DNA of 35,544 bases from Vicugna vicugna (lineage: Eukaryota): positions 19,114 to 54,657 of the forward strand of contig MU057578.1 of NCBI GenBank assembly GCA_013265495.1, read 5' to 3'. The notes under the pieces are model-generated. The model was given only the letters and a program-made list of their open reading frames with translations, was not told the origin of the DNA and searched no databases. The translations under genes were made by a program, and so were the position numbers. Positions 11,855-23,770 of this stretch are shown one piece after another; the first letter of the stretch is position 1; each line of letters starts with the position of its first letter.

Positions 11855-13860
11855 ACATCTCATGTATAATTTAGTCATTTTTCTGCTGAAAGAATCTTCC
11901 TTTAATATTGTTTTATTTTTACTCTTTACCTTTTATGATTACTATTTCAAATTATTTATTTTACTGTTGTGAACAAGTTACCAGGTTGAATTATCTGTAT
12001 TTATTGCCCCTGAATTCCTATTTTTCTCTCTTTAATACATATGGTATAGTAGCATTTAGAAACATACCCAAAGAAACATATGTAAATTTCTCGTGGTCTC
12101 TCCTTAGTACTTTAGTCAATGTTTTGTACATTTTGCCAATTTATATTTCTTAGAAGACTTCTTCTCTTCACCTCTTACAAGGTGTCTCGATTTTGTTTTT
12201 TCATCACATTCAGGTTTGTTTCTGGTATAGTCTTTATTTTCACTTTATATCTAAGTGATAAATGTGTATTACTGGGTGAGTGATTTCTTATTTCAGTAGT
12301 TTCAAATGTAATTTTATTTACCCTTGGCCTATGTTTTCAGCTTAGAAATCTGCTGATAGCCTAATAGGGGTTCCTTTGTAGATTATCATAACTATTTTTG
12401 GCTGCCTTTAAAATATTACTCTATCATGACTTGCCAATTTGCATATGACGTATCTTGAAGGAGGTCAATTTGTCTTAAAGTTATTGGTGTTTTTTTGGCT
12501 CACCAACTTGTATATCAGTTCATTACACAGGTTCGGGAAGTTATCAACTATTTCTTCTTTGAATAAACCATCAGCTGCCTTCTAACTTTCTTCTCCCTCC
12601 AGGATTCCACTCCAATGTGCAGTTTCAGAGGAAGTCTGATGGCTACTGTAGAGTTTCCTCACGTTTTAATATCTTGAATCTCTGCCCTCTCCTATCATTT
12701 CAAGTTTTGTATTGGTGAGTTTGCTAATTTCTCTTCCACAAAGACACTCTACTTCAAATGCTTTCTGTTGCATTCTTCATCTCATTTATTAAATTCTCCT
12801 GGTCCTCCAATAAATTTGTTTATTTTATAGTTTCAGTCTCTTTGGTAATGTATTCCTTATCAACATTTCATTTATTCCTGAGCTCACTAAACTGCTTTCG
12901 TAGTTTTGTTTTTTGTATTGAGTTTCTGTATGACATCTATTTGGATTCTCCATTAGTTATATGGCAATATACCATGACTTTAAGTTTGGTGCATGGTTGT
13001 CATTGTATGTGTGTGTGTGTGCGCAGGTGCATGTGTGTGTGTGTCTGTGTCTGTGTCTGTGTTGGTGTCTGTATCTGTGTATCTGTGTGTGTGTGTGCCC
13101 TGTAATTTTACTGTGATTGGTCATGATCTTGATAAATTATTGCTCTGATGACACTAAATAACAGATTGGTAGTTGGAGTCCTTGCTTTGTATTCTGGTAG
13201 TTTGCAATATTGCACAATTTTTGGTTTTACTTACCTCAGCTACCTCTGATAATTTTTCAAAATGGCACTTTCCAGTCACTACTGTCTGGATAAAAGATGT
13301 GCTTTCATTGTCACTTCTTACCCTTCTCTGGTAGTTAATGCCACTTTTGTCACTGGTATGGTGAACCCTTCCTTTTATCTGATATCCCTTGAGACTCAGT
13401 GTACACATTGAGGAAAGGTGCAAAGACTGGTGGGTATTTGGAATCAGGCAAGTGCCTTTGCTATGTCCAGTGTTGCGTGGCATCTTGTCTCCACCAATGT
13501 GAATGGGGAGTAGGGAGAGTGTCATGTATGTCTGAGTGTCTGAAGGATGGAAATTCTGTCTCTATTTTAGCTCCCCCCTAGTTAATGTGACCATGAGTAC
13601 TGGTGCAGTTGGAAGCTGAAGCTGTGTGAACCACTGAGACCCTGATTCTACTGGGTACTCTGAACTTGAGTATTCATATATCCTAGTCAGTGGGCCTTGG
13701 TTGCAGACACCAAATTTGCTCTTCCCACAGTTCAGCCACTTTTGTGTATTTTAGTCCACCAAACTTTACCTGTTCTCATGTGTTCCAGAGTATTGTTTTG
13801 TGTTGTAGTTATTTTTGTTGAGATGTGAACATTTTATTGACTGTAGATGTAAGGGGAGAG
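11855..13860 (-). mobile_element. Old LINE-1 5' portion (spacer, ORF1, probable 5' UTR), decayed
   Basis: Minus strand 'atctacaaaggaacccctattaggctatcagcagatttct' (~12345-12385) is the conserved ORF1 YKG.PIRL.ADFS segment. The 5' boundary is uncertain. Confidence 0.7.
13004..13097. repeat. Compound (TG)n / (TCTGTG)n microsatellite
   Basis: Directly visible; explains the CVCVCV tail of ORF 12758-13105. Confidence 0.92.
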
Positions 13861-13999
13861 GCAAAAATTGTTTAAACTTATGTCACTTTTAAAAGTATAT
13901 ACTTTTTCAATCAAAAGCTTAAATTCTACTAATTACTTTATTAAGACAGTAAAGAAATTGAATAAATCACCTCTATTAATATCAGAGTACTACAAAATA

Positions 14000-15440
14000 T
14001 TTTGATTTTTCTGGGTTTTTTTTAACATTTTTCCCACTTACATGCACAATTTACTATTATATATCCCTATAATGACCTTAAAATCAATTAAATTATTAAA
14101 ATATATCTCTGTGCTGTCAATATAGCCCTGTTGGTTCACTAATTTATTACTAGTAACTTGAACATTTCTGTCTTCTCCATCCTTATTCCCTGTCCGTACA
14201 GGAAACCACTTCCTGGTACACTACACATATATATGTCATTCTGTTCCTGTTTTTTTATGATTATTTCTCTTATATCTTTATTTTCCTCATTTAAGTGACA
14301 ACATAGAGTGTTTTTCTCTGTATGACTTATTTTCCTATGTGCAACACTCTCTGGGTCCAGTCANNNNNNNNNNNNNNNNNNNNNNNNNNNNNNNNNNNNN
14401 NNNNNNNNNNNNNNNNNNNNNNNNNNNNNNNNNNNNNNNNNNNNNNNNNNNNNNNNNNNNNNNNNNNNNNNNNNNNNNNNNNNNNNNNNNNNNNNNNNNN
14501 NNNNNNNNNNNNNNNNNNNNNNNNNNNNNNNNNNNNNNNNNNNNNNNNNNNNNNNNNNNNNNNNNNNNNNNNNNNNNNNNNNNNNNNNNNNNNNNNNNNN
14601 NNNNNNNNNNNNNNNNNNNNNNNNNNNNNNNNNNNNNNNNNNNNNNNNNNNNNNNNNNNNNNNNNNNNNNNNNNNNNNNNNNNNNNNNNNNNNNNNNNNN
14701 NNNNNNNNNNNNNNNNNNNNNNNNNNNNNNNNNNNNNNNNNNNNNNNNNNNNNNNNNNNNNNNNNNNNNNNTTAATTCTGGATTTACATTTTTCTAATGA
14801 ATAGCAACGTTATGTTCCTTTGTATGTCTATGAAAATCATCCATATGTCTGAATTTGAAAAGTTTCCATGAAGATGTTTCAACTGTTTTAATTTAAANNN
14901 NNNNNNNNNNTTTTCTTCAGTAAACTAAAAACTGTAATTGTTACTTTTCTTTTTTTTAATTTTGAGACAGATCAAAAATAAACATTGCTATGATTTATCT
15001 CATAGTGAGTTCTGCTCCTGTTCTTTGTCAGAAATTGCATAGTTTCAGGCTTTACATTTAGGAAATCCATCCATTTTTATCTTATGTTGTACACTATGGA
15101 AGGAAGTGCTCTTACATCTTACTTTTACTTGTACTGTCCAGTTTTCTCACAACTTCTTGTTGAAGAGACTGCCTTTTTTCAATTGTATACTCTTGCTTCC
15201 TTCCTTGTAGACTAATTGACCGTATGTGTGTGGGATTATTTTAGGGCTCTTTATTTTGTTCCATTGATCTATGTGTTTCATTAAGTATCATATTTTGAAG
15301 AATTTATTACTGTAGCTTTTTTGTATGTTATAAAGTCAGGGAGGATAATTCCCACAGCTTTGCCCATTTTTAAAAAGAATTTCAGAAAATTTGGGCCTTT
15401 CAGATTTTTGTATAAATTTTATCATTTTTCTCCTAGTTTT
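14000..15440 (-). mobile_element. LINE-1 3' fragment (3' UTR plus ORF2 C-terminal part), spans gaps
   Basis: Plus-strand 'gtccagttttctcacaacttcttgttgaagagactg', 'ttgttccattgatctatgtgt' and a 3'-UTR-like stretch at 14090-14360. Confidence 0.8.
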
Positions 15441-15444
15441 GTGA

Positions 15445-18400
15445 AGAAATTTATTCTGTGAGAATAGAAATTTACTAAAAGAAAAAACCTGAGAAAAATT
15501 CTAAAGTGTGCAATATAAATCATGCAATATTAACAACTACTGGATTGCTGTATAAATCAAAGAAAAATATATAAAGAAAAATTAAAACCAAAACAAAATC
15601 CATAGGGTATAACAAAAGCAGTATTAATAGGGATGCTTAAAGCAAAACCTTTAACAAATAAGAAACATCTCTCTCCATAACATAATCTTGCAAACAAAAA
15701 TGTAGTAAAATAAGAAAATAATTGTCAGTATAAGGAAAGAGGTGAATATACATAACATAAATAAAATAATGATTAAAAATAGAACGATTCAATCAAACTA
15801 AATAATGGCTTTTGAAATATAAATAAAATTGATAAACTTTAACCAGACTCATGAGAAAAAAGAGTATAGATTAATAAACAGAATTCCAGGCCTAGAGAGC
15901 TTCAGAGGTGATTTCTGCCAAACAGTTAGGGAAGAGCTATCACCTATACTTCTCAGCATATTACAAAAATTTCGAGTGGAAGGGAGGCTTCCTATCCCAA
16001 ATTTCAGTATCACACTACTGCTAAAACTGGAACAAATACCTCAAAAAATTGCAGGTTACATACTTCTGATAAGCATAGATGAAAAAATCATCACTAAATT
16101 GTTAACAAATCAAACAATACATTAAGAGGATAATACAATATAATTAAGTCCGTTTTATTTCAGGAATGCAAAAGTGATTCAATACCCACAAATCAATCAG
16201 TATGATACACCACACTAACAACCTGAAGAATAAAATATATATGGTCACCTCAATAGAGTCATAAAATGTTTTGACAATTTCAGTATCTATTTATGAATAG
16301 ATTTCTCCTCAAAGTGGGCAAGAGGAAATATACCTCCACACAGTTAAGGTCTTATATGACAAGAACTCAGCTAACATGACACTCACTGATTAAAAGCTGA
16401 ATGCATCTCCAGTAAGAGCAGGAATAAGACAAGATTGCTAACTCTGACCACTTTTATTCAGTATAGTATGGAAATTCTAGCCATAGCTATCCAAAATTAA
16501 AGTAAGTAAAATATAGCTAATTAAGAAAAGGAGTAAAAGTATCTGTTTGCAGATGACATAATTTAAAACGAAATCCTAAAAATGGTGCCACAAAAGTAAT
16601 AGGGCTTATCAATGCATTTTGTAAAATTTACGAACGAAAAATTAACATACAGAAATCTTGCATTTCTACACACTAACAAGAAGCTAACTGATACAGAAAG
16701 TGATGGAACTGCCTCATTTAAAGTTTCATTACAAAAAAATCAATAAATATATCCAAACAAGGAGGTAAAAGACCTGTACTCAGAAAACTATAAAATATTT
16801 ACAACAGAAATTGAAGATAATGCAAACAGATGAAAGGATATTCTGTGTTCATAGATGAGAAAAAATATATTGTTTAAATGACAGCATAAGCCAAGAAAAT
16901 ACACAAATTAAATTCAGTGCCTATCAAAATACCAAGGGCATTTTCAGACACTTACAATAAATAATTTTAAAATTTACATGTAAACACAAAAGAATTGAAA
17001 TCACTAAAAAGAAAAAAAAGAAAAGAATACAAAATAACTAAAATCACAAGCAACTTTGACAAAGTACATAGAGGTTGTATCACTGTCCCACATTTTAAAC
17101 TATAAAACAAAGCTACAGTAATAAAAAGAATATGGTATTGGCCCTGAGCAAACAGAATAATGGAACACAAAGAATGCCTGAAAATGAAATCAGACAGTTA
17201 TGGTCATTTAGCCCATTAAAAAAATGAATATACAGTGGGGGAAAGGTAACCAACAGGCAAATGAAACTGATCAACATGACTAACCATCAGAAAGTTGCAA
17301 GACCAAAGCACAATGAGACTTTATGTCACTCCTGTCAGAATGACTTCTATCAAAAAGATAACAAACATAAATGTTGATAAGGATGAAAGAAAAACAACCC
17401 TGATGCACTGCTGGAGTGAATGGAAATATGTGCTGCCACTGTGGAAAAGAGTATGAAGATTTAACTAAAAATTAAAAATGAAATATAATCCAGCATTTCC
17501 ATATCTGGATACTAATTCCATGAAAATAAATACACTAAGTAGAAAAGATAAATTCAACCCTATATTCACTGCAGCATTATTCACAATAGGCAGGATATAC
17601 AAGCAAATTAATTGCTCATCAATAAATAATGGATAAACAAGATGTGTGTTTATCATATATATATCTACCCACCTTAACTACATATTTACCTATATTTATT
17701 TATATATATATATACACACACACACACATAAAAATACAATGGGTTATTATTCAGCTCTAAATAGAATGTTTTTCTCATTTGCAACAAATGGGTAGAACAA
17801 GAGTGTAATATGCTAAGTGAAATAAATCAGGAAGAGAATGACAATTGCTGAATGATTTTATTCACATTTGGAATTTTAAACAAATGAACATAACAACACA
17901 GAAAAGGAGATGTACATATAGAAAGAAACACATTGTTCACAAGAAGGAGGGAAATGGGGTTAGGAAAAGAAAAAGTTGAGGAAAATTAAGAGAGAAAATT
18001 TTCCAGTTGCAAATAAATGAATCAGGGACAAGAAATGTCCTGTATGGGGAATAGACAATTACTATGAAATATATTTACAAAGCAACATATCATAACTAGA
18101 TATATTCTGGTGAACAGTATGAAATGAATTAAAAATAGTGAACATTATGTTGTTTAGGAGAAACTAACACTGTGTTATAGATTAAAGTTCACTTCAAAAA
18201 CAAACAATCATACTTATATAAAAAGAAACTAGGTTTCTAATTAACAGAGGCAGGGGTTGGAAAAGGAGAATTTGATTAATGCACTCTAAAGCTACAAACC
18301 TCCAGCTGTAAAATAAACGTGTTCAAGGGATGCCCTGTAAAAACATGAAAATTACAATTAATACTGCTTTATGTTCTATATTAATGATGTTAAGAGAGTA

Positions 18401-18590
18401 GACCTTAAGGTTTATCATCACAACCAAAAGACAAATTGTATTTCTTTAAAATTGTATCTAAATGAGATAATGAAATCTCCCTAAAGTTGCTATGATATTT
18501 ATTTCATGATAGTTGTAAATCAAATCACTATCCTATGCGCCTAAAATTTCACAATGTTTTATGCCAATTATATCTCAAAAAAAGAGGAAG
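15445..18590 (+). mobile_element. 5'-truncated older LINE-1 with long 3' UTR
   Basis: ORF 15829-16125 (FCQTVREELSPILL..LQK..EGRLP...ITLLLK), the RT motif 'ctgtttgcagatgacata' (LFADD) at ~16543-16560, and a 3' end 'caattatatctcaaaaaaa' at ~18565-18583. A (TA)n(CA)n tract lies at ~17700-17728. Confidence 0.9.
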
Positions 18591-18779
18591 GAAAAATGGA
18601 AAGCCAATGGTCATTTTTCCCATGAAATTTCTCATGATTGTTTTTGCAGCAAGTAAACTTGAGTCATGATATACTTATCCTTGGCAAAGTTACCAATAAA
18701 TAAGTTATTCTGATAAATTATACATAAAGATACAAATAAAATTAGTTTTACCACGCCTTAAACATTCTTCATGTTAATA

Positions 18780-18999
18780 GCCCACTGCTTCTGTAGGCAT
18801 CAAAATTTCACTCTGTGTATTCATTTGAGATTAGAGAATGGATACAAATTTAAAACTGGCTGCTCTTGCTGTGAGTGATAAAGATCACTGTCTCTGAACG
18901 ATAGTCTCAACTCCCCGACAGCTTCTGTAAGAAAAGAACATGCTAGGTTGCTAAAAATCTCAGCATTGTAAAATCTCAGAAATCCTACAATCCTTAACT
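18780..18999 (+). mobile_element. Probable old ERVL-class LTR 3' portion (MER74/MER73/MER54-like), possibly followed by internal sequence
   Basis: 'gctgtgagtgataaagatcactgtctctga...gtaaaatctcagaaatcctacaatccttaac' resembles, from memory, the polyA/U5 end of MER74-type LTRs. Not verified by search. Confidence 0.4.
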
Positions 19000-20959
19000 G
19001 TTTTGCAATGGGAATGCAATACTGACAAAGACTTGATTTTGGATAACAATGTGGTGTTTTCTCATGGTTGCATTATGGGATTTGAGGATAATCCCTGAGA
19101 TCCACAAAAAAAAATTCACGCTCAAGTGCTGGGCAAAGAAGTGTAAAGCTTCTGCATAATTAGGTCTGAGGACTGCTCTTAAAATGAAGACTATGCTCAC
19201 TCTATTCCAGGTAGTCCAAGGTAAGTAAGGTTATTGCAATTTCTATGTGAACGGGAACAAGTCAGTGGTTCAGACAATATAAATTAGTCAAAGGGTGTTC
19301 AAAGCCAAAATAAGTTGTGTCAACAATGAGAATTAAAAGAAAAAAAATTAGACATAAGCTTAAATTAAAAAGGTGATACAGTCCTGTGCTGGGGTCTGGG
19401 GACAGGAGAATGTATATGCCTCAGTCACATTCAGGGGTTCAGAGGCTTCACCCTAGCATCAGCTCGGGATTCATTGAGCAGGTAACAATTAGTATACAGG
19501 AAGAAATATAATCAATCTCTCCCTGATTGGAAGATAATCTGGTGACCCAATGAAACTCTTAATTCACAGAGATTCTGACAGGTGCAGAGGAATAATTCAC
19601 TGATGATTCAACTAAGACAAACTTAGTTACAGTTTAAAAATCCATTTTCACACACACACACACTGGTAGACAGATTTGTAGTATTTAGTGGGAAGAATTC
19701 AGTGGGTAGAGCTCAGAGAATAGTTTTCAAAGCACCAGCCAACTTTTGTGCTTTTGCCAATAGTCTAGATTTTCCCAGGTAGAAAACTACAGATGGACAA
19801 ACAAACAATATTCTTCTTTAGGATTTCTAATTTTGAAAGTAAACTGTAGCTTTTGATTTATCAGTATAGAACCTTGTTAAAATGATCACAGTAAGACACA
19901 CTGTCTGATAAGAGAGCTGGAAACTAGCTGCTGAAACAGCCCATCTGAACCCCAGACTGCTAATGTAAGCAACAATATAGCCATCATCAGATTCAGCAGA
20001 CAAACATAAAAGCTTGATGTTTCTGTTGTAGGATGAACCACTGCTGTCCAGACACAGTTCTCATGCTGCAAGTGGTCTCTATTCTTCTCTTGGTAAAGGT
20101 CACATTGGTGGGATGCTGCTAGAGTTCAACCTGGCCCATTTGCCCATTCTCCAGATTTTCAAAGACTTTCTTCACAACAGGTGACACATTTTCAGTACTC
20201 AATTCTGCCATTCCAGTCTTATCAGCTGACACTGGTGTCATCATTGTGAGCAGAAGACTTAGGCTTCCTAAACTTGCATATAATTATTTCAGCATTTCAG
20301 AAAATTTCACATTATGAAAATGCTTCACCTTTTATTTTAAATTAATGGGAAATTGTCAAAGACTTCCATGAATATTTTATATTTCCTAATATCTGTATAA
20401 ATTTGGTATTCTTGCAGTTGGACTAATGTTTATTTCTACCACTCCCACCTCCAACTAGTCCACACATTTTAGATTGCAATTTGGTTACTTAATAACACCA
20501 CCCCACCCAAAGGGCAAGTACCTCATAGATACTACCTGTGTGAAGGTTAGAAGGGGCTCAAATTATGTGGGGTTTATAAACCAACATTAAATGTTTGCAA
20601 TGGCACTATCTCTTCTCGACAAAGCTCTGTTTCTAAGAAGTAAATTAATTAGAAGGCAGTATAGTTCTTGGTATGGGGATGAGAATCAGCTATTTTAGTA
20701 TGGGTGGGTGATGAAGAGACTGGAAAATATCCAGCAAATGGGAATGGAATGCTTTATGCCTCTGGAGGCATGAATTAAGAAGAAAATAATATTTTGTCTC
20801 CTGTAACTACCTCCACTTACTGTCTTGGGTGACTAGTCCCTGGGCTATTGAAAGAGCTAGTTTGTGGTGAGAAATATAGACCATAATGAAATAGTTTGAA
20901 AACCATGAGAGTTTTGTTGTTTCAGGAAAGTAGATTTGGCTTAAAGTCAACATGTATTT

Positions 20960-21130
20960 TTCATTCACTAAATATAAAATGCATCCTGTGGCATGTGCTG
21001 TGATTACAGTGCTGGTATCCAAGTTAGACATGGAAAGGGGGATAGACAGAAAACATCTGGAGGAGGTGGTTTCTGTGCTTAGATGGGGATAGTCTAGGTA
21101 GGTAAAAGGAAGACAACGAAAGCCAAGGAT
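20960..21130 (-). mobile_element. Possible L2 3' remnant
   Basis: Minus strand 'accacctcctccagatg...cacagcacatgccacagg...tttagtgaatgaaaaa' resembles the L2 3' end; weak and highly diverged. Confidence 0.3.
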
Positions 21131-21853
21131 GAGCTGGAGTAAAAATGGTGAGTTTGCAGCTAACATTGTTGACAAGCATTTGCCTGGATGAACCTCCAGA
21201 AACAGTGAAACATAAAGAAATGCCAAGGTAGTCAGATGCCAGATTTATAAAGAAATGACTAAACTAATTTGAGTATGTGTGCTTAGAGCTGGAAAGGCAT
21301 TAAATGCCACCCTGAGGACGTAAGCTTGTCTTTGGCTGGAACAGAAAAGCAACATAAAGTATTGACTAGAAAATATAGTGTAGACTCTTGAGGGCAGGGA
21401 ATTAAAGCACCAATTGGAATACTTTGAGAACAGCACAAGAAGACCATAGATAATATTACTTCTCAAATTCTACTACATGATGAATGTGCCATCTAAGACA
21501 ACATCATGTGACTTTTTGACACCAGGGATGACATAATAGAGACCATGATCCCTGGGCCGGTTCCTGCATTTATCTCCTCTTCCAACCTATCCTAACTTAA
21601 CACTTTCCTTACTTTCCAGGATGAACCAGAAACCACTTAGTACTTTTTCCTCTCTCCATGTTTTAGTCTTTTTCCAAATTCTTCCATTTATTCTTCTTCC
21701 TTACGAGAAATTATTTTAATTTACTCCCATATTTTTCCATCAAGAGATCATATCAATCAAATATCTCTTTTTTCTTTAAATGGCAACTTAGTCTCCCGTT
21801 TAACTCTAAACTCTAATTTAAAAAAATAAAGAAAATACAGATACACATCTATG

Positions 21854-21859
21854 TTTATT
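21854..21859 (-). terminator. Probable HSFY polyadenylation signal AATAAA
   Basis: Plus-strand tttatt, ~94 nt past the HSFY stop, followed on the minus strand by a T-rich tract (~21820-21840). Confidence 0.6.
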
Positions 21860-21952
21860 GTTCAAATAAGAAAATTGCAGATATTTGTCGACATTTGCCA
21901 ACATCAATTGTAATCTTTGTTATCCTGTATAATCTGGTAGTCCTCTGGAAGT

Positions 21953-22645
21953 TCAGTTGTAATTAAGATGACGTTCATAAACTGAAGATGGCTGATGAGT
22001 TGGCCTTGAAATAGATGTAGTTGATGTATCAGCGATCACTGGCACTGGAAAGCGTGGGTTGCTCCCTGGTTGAAGTTTAGGAAAACGACCTTCATTGGTG
22101 GATATGTTGTGATAAATATTTAGAAAAGTAGAAGACTCCACCATCAGTCCAAAATAATTGCTCTGTATCGGAGAGAAGATGCTGTACTGAGAAGTAGAAT
22201 GTGTAGTTGGATTGGAGTTCACAACACCACCATTTGTTTTATTGTAGATGCTTTGAGAGTGCCCGGGGACAGTGGTCAACTGATTTAAAATAGCTCGTTG
22301 ATCCACTGAAATTTGTTCTGGTGGTCTAAATGACATTGATGATGGAGGAGATAAATCACCTCTGATCGGGTTAGTTCTATCACCAATTATGTGGCAAGTA
22401 GAGGGCTTTCTTATAAGAGGCATGTTTAAATTTGCAGAAGGTAAAAATGCACTTTCCCTGCAAGCGTCAGCCAGAAAACGAGAATTATTATTATTCACAT
22501 TACCCGATGCTTGAAAGTGCTTTTGGTTGAAATCTTCAGAAAATGAAGACACCAGAGAAGAATTTCCAATCCCAACTCTTCTTTTTATTCTCACTAAAAG
22601 CTGGGGACAGCCTCGTTTAACATTTGGATTTTGATAGAACTACAG
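21953..22645 (-). pseudogene. HSFY: HSFY coding exon 2; stop at codon 2, then 228 open codons to the native stop
   Basis: CTG TAG TTC TAT CAA... with TAG at 22642-22640, in frame with the provided ORF 21953-22594. Ends at TGA 21955-21953 after HLNYN. Confidence 0.93.
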
Positions 22646-23116
22646 CTACAACCAAAGAAGAAAATTTTATTAATAATTTAAACCAAAATACAAGACTACA
22701 ATAAGCCTAATCTATAAAATCTCAGTTTCCACGTTTACTATGCAAAGATAATAACATCAAAATATAAACATTGCTAACAATATTTTGAAGTTCCTAATTT
22801 GGAAAATATACATTTAAATTGTATATTCATCAAATTTAAAAATTAGCATTTGCAGTAACGGTGAATGCCACTTTTCAAAAGCAGCTTTAACACCTTTATT
22901 TAGATTTCTGGAAAGATTCATAGTTGCAAGCAAAGTTTCTCATAATCTTGACTACTTAAGGCACTCTCCTCATTTTTTAGAAAAAAAAAGGATTTTAGCC
23001 TTAGTAGATTTATACAATTTTCAAAATCTAGCTTTACAATTATATAACAATTGATTGATATACAAAATAAAATTTTATATATAAGTTTCCTTGTGGTAAC
23101 TAAATTTTTTGAATAC
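22646..23116 (-). other. HSFY: HSFY intron (471 nt, phase 0, GT-AG)
   Basis: Minus strand begins GTATTC and ends TTTTCTTCTTTGGTTGTAG; AT-rich; joining gives VLRK|L*FYQNPN, matching HSFY VLSK|LKFYYNPN. Confidence 0.88.
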
Positions 23117-23624
23117 CTTTCTTAAAACAAAGGCTTCTTTTACATCTGCCAGAAAGTCAGGTAGACAAGCAGATATTTGAAAATTCTGATGCAGTTTCCT
23201 AAACTCATAAAGGTTAAGCTATCTAACTAAACTTTTCTTACTTCCAGTTTCAAATATTCTGAAAGGGTCCTTTTATTCAAAAACTTCCTTTTTAAAAACA
23301 TTTTCATCATTCACTATGAAAGATCCATTATCACCCCACCAGATGGATTTAAACTGGTGACACCAAGCCATTTTCCAGAGTTTCCTTGGAAATGTTAGAG
23401 AATGAAAATAATTATCTTCATCTGGTTCAGAGACACAATGTTTATATCATGGTCTTTTTATCAAGGATTCTTCAAAGTCTGAAAAGCATTTTCTTCATCA
23501 TAGACCTCAAGTCCAAGTCCCCAGAGAATGTTTGATCACACAATAGATATCTACCAGAGTTTCCTGAACCAGTTGGTCCATCTTTATGAGACACATCTTC
23601 AATTTCTGAAGAAACATGTGCCAT
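23117..23624 (-). pseudogene. HSFY: HSFY coding exon 1 (N-terminus and most of HSF DBD), disabled
   Basis: 508 nt versus 513 expected for 171 codons: a -1 frameshift at ~23497 and a -4 at ~23474. Stops in the ancestral frame are TGA 23449-23447, TAA 23275-23273 and TAG 23221-23219. Donor AAG|GTATTC at 23117/23116. Confidence 0.93.
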
Positions 23625-23770
23625 CACAAATAAATTTTTCTACAGCCACTTTTCTAATCTGCATGATTTTTAGCACTGTGGCTTCAAATGCTGCTTTGGC
23701 AGGCCTGCACATATAAACTGCTAGGCCTTCACAATGGTTCTCAACTTGAGAAGCTGTGACATCACAAAAC
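23625..23770 (-). promoter_or_regulatory. HSFY 5' UTR and proximal promoter with CRE-like and SOX-like motifs
   Basis: Immediately upstream of the ATG: TGACATCA (CRE variant) at 23757-23764, ACAATGG (SOX core) at 23731-23737, and the palindrome TTCTCAA-C-TTGAGAA at 23738-23752. Confidence 0.55.

Larger units (their letters stand above)
21953..23624 (-). pseudogene. HSFY: HSFY (heat shock transcription factor, Y-linked) unprocessed two-exon pseudogene
   Basis: ATG at 23624 gives MAHVSSEIEDVSHKD...LCDQTFSGDLDLRSM. The HSF DNA-binding domain reads FHSLTFPRKLWKM...FKSIWWGDNG...RIFETGSKKSLVR*LNLYEFRK. Exon 2 reads FYQNPNVKRGCPQLLVRIKRRVGI...YERHLNYN*. All are collinear with my recollection of human HSFY1, with a GT-AG intron. 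Confidence 0.96.

Noticed and set aside
11400..13097. Periodic repeats as CRISPR-like or other prokaryotic systems
   Set aside because: These are simple microsatellites in mammalian DNA, with no repeat-spacer structure or associated genes.
14322..14804. Long ORFs here and at 31265-31686 and 35003-35500
   Set aside because: They are artefacts of translating through N-gaps.
20000..20215. Minus-strand peptide MAELSTENV...NVTFTKRR with faint MADS-box-like VTFTKR
   Set aside because: Only a six-residue resemblance, with an in-frame stop and no other MADS residues.
21953..22594. 213-aa ORF as a standalone intact gene
   Set aside because: It starts at a GTG inside HSFY exon 2 and is the tail of a spliced gene whose exon 1 is disabled.
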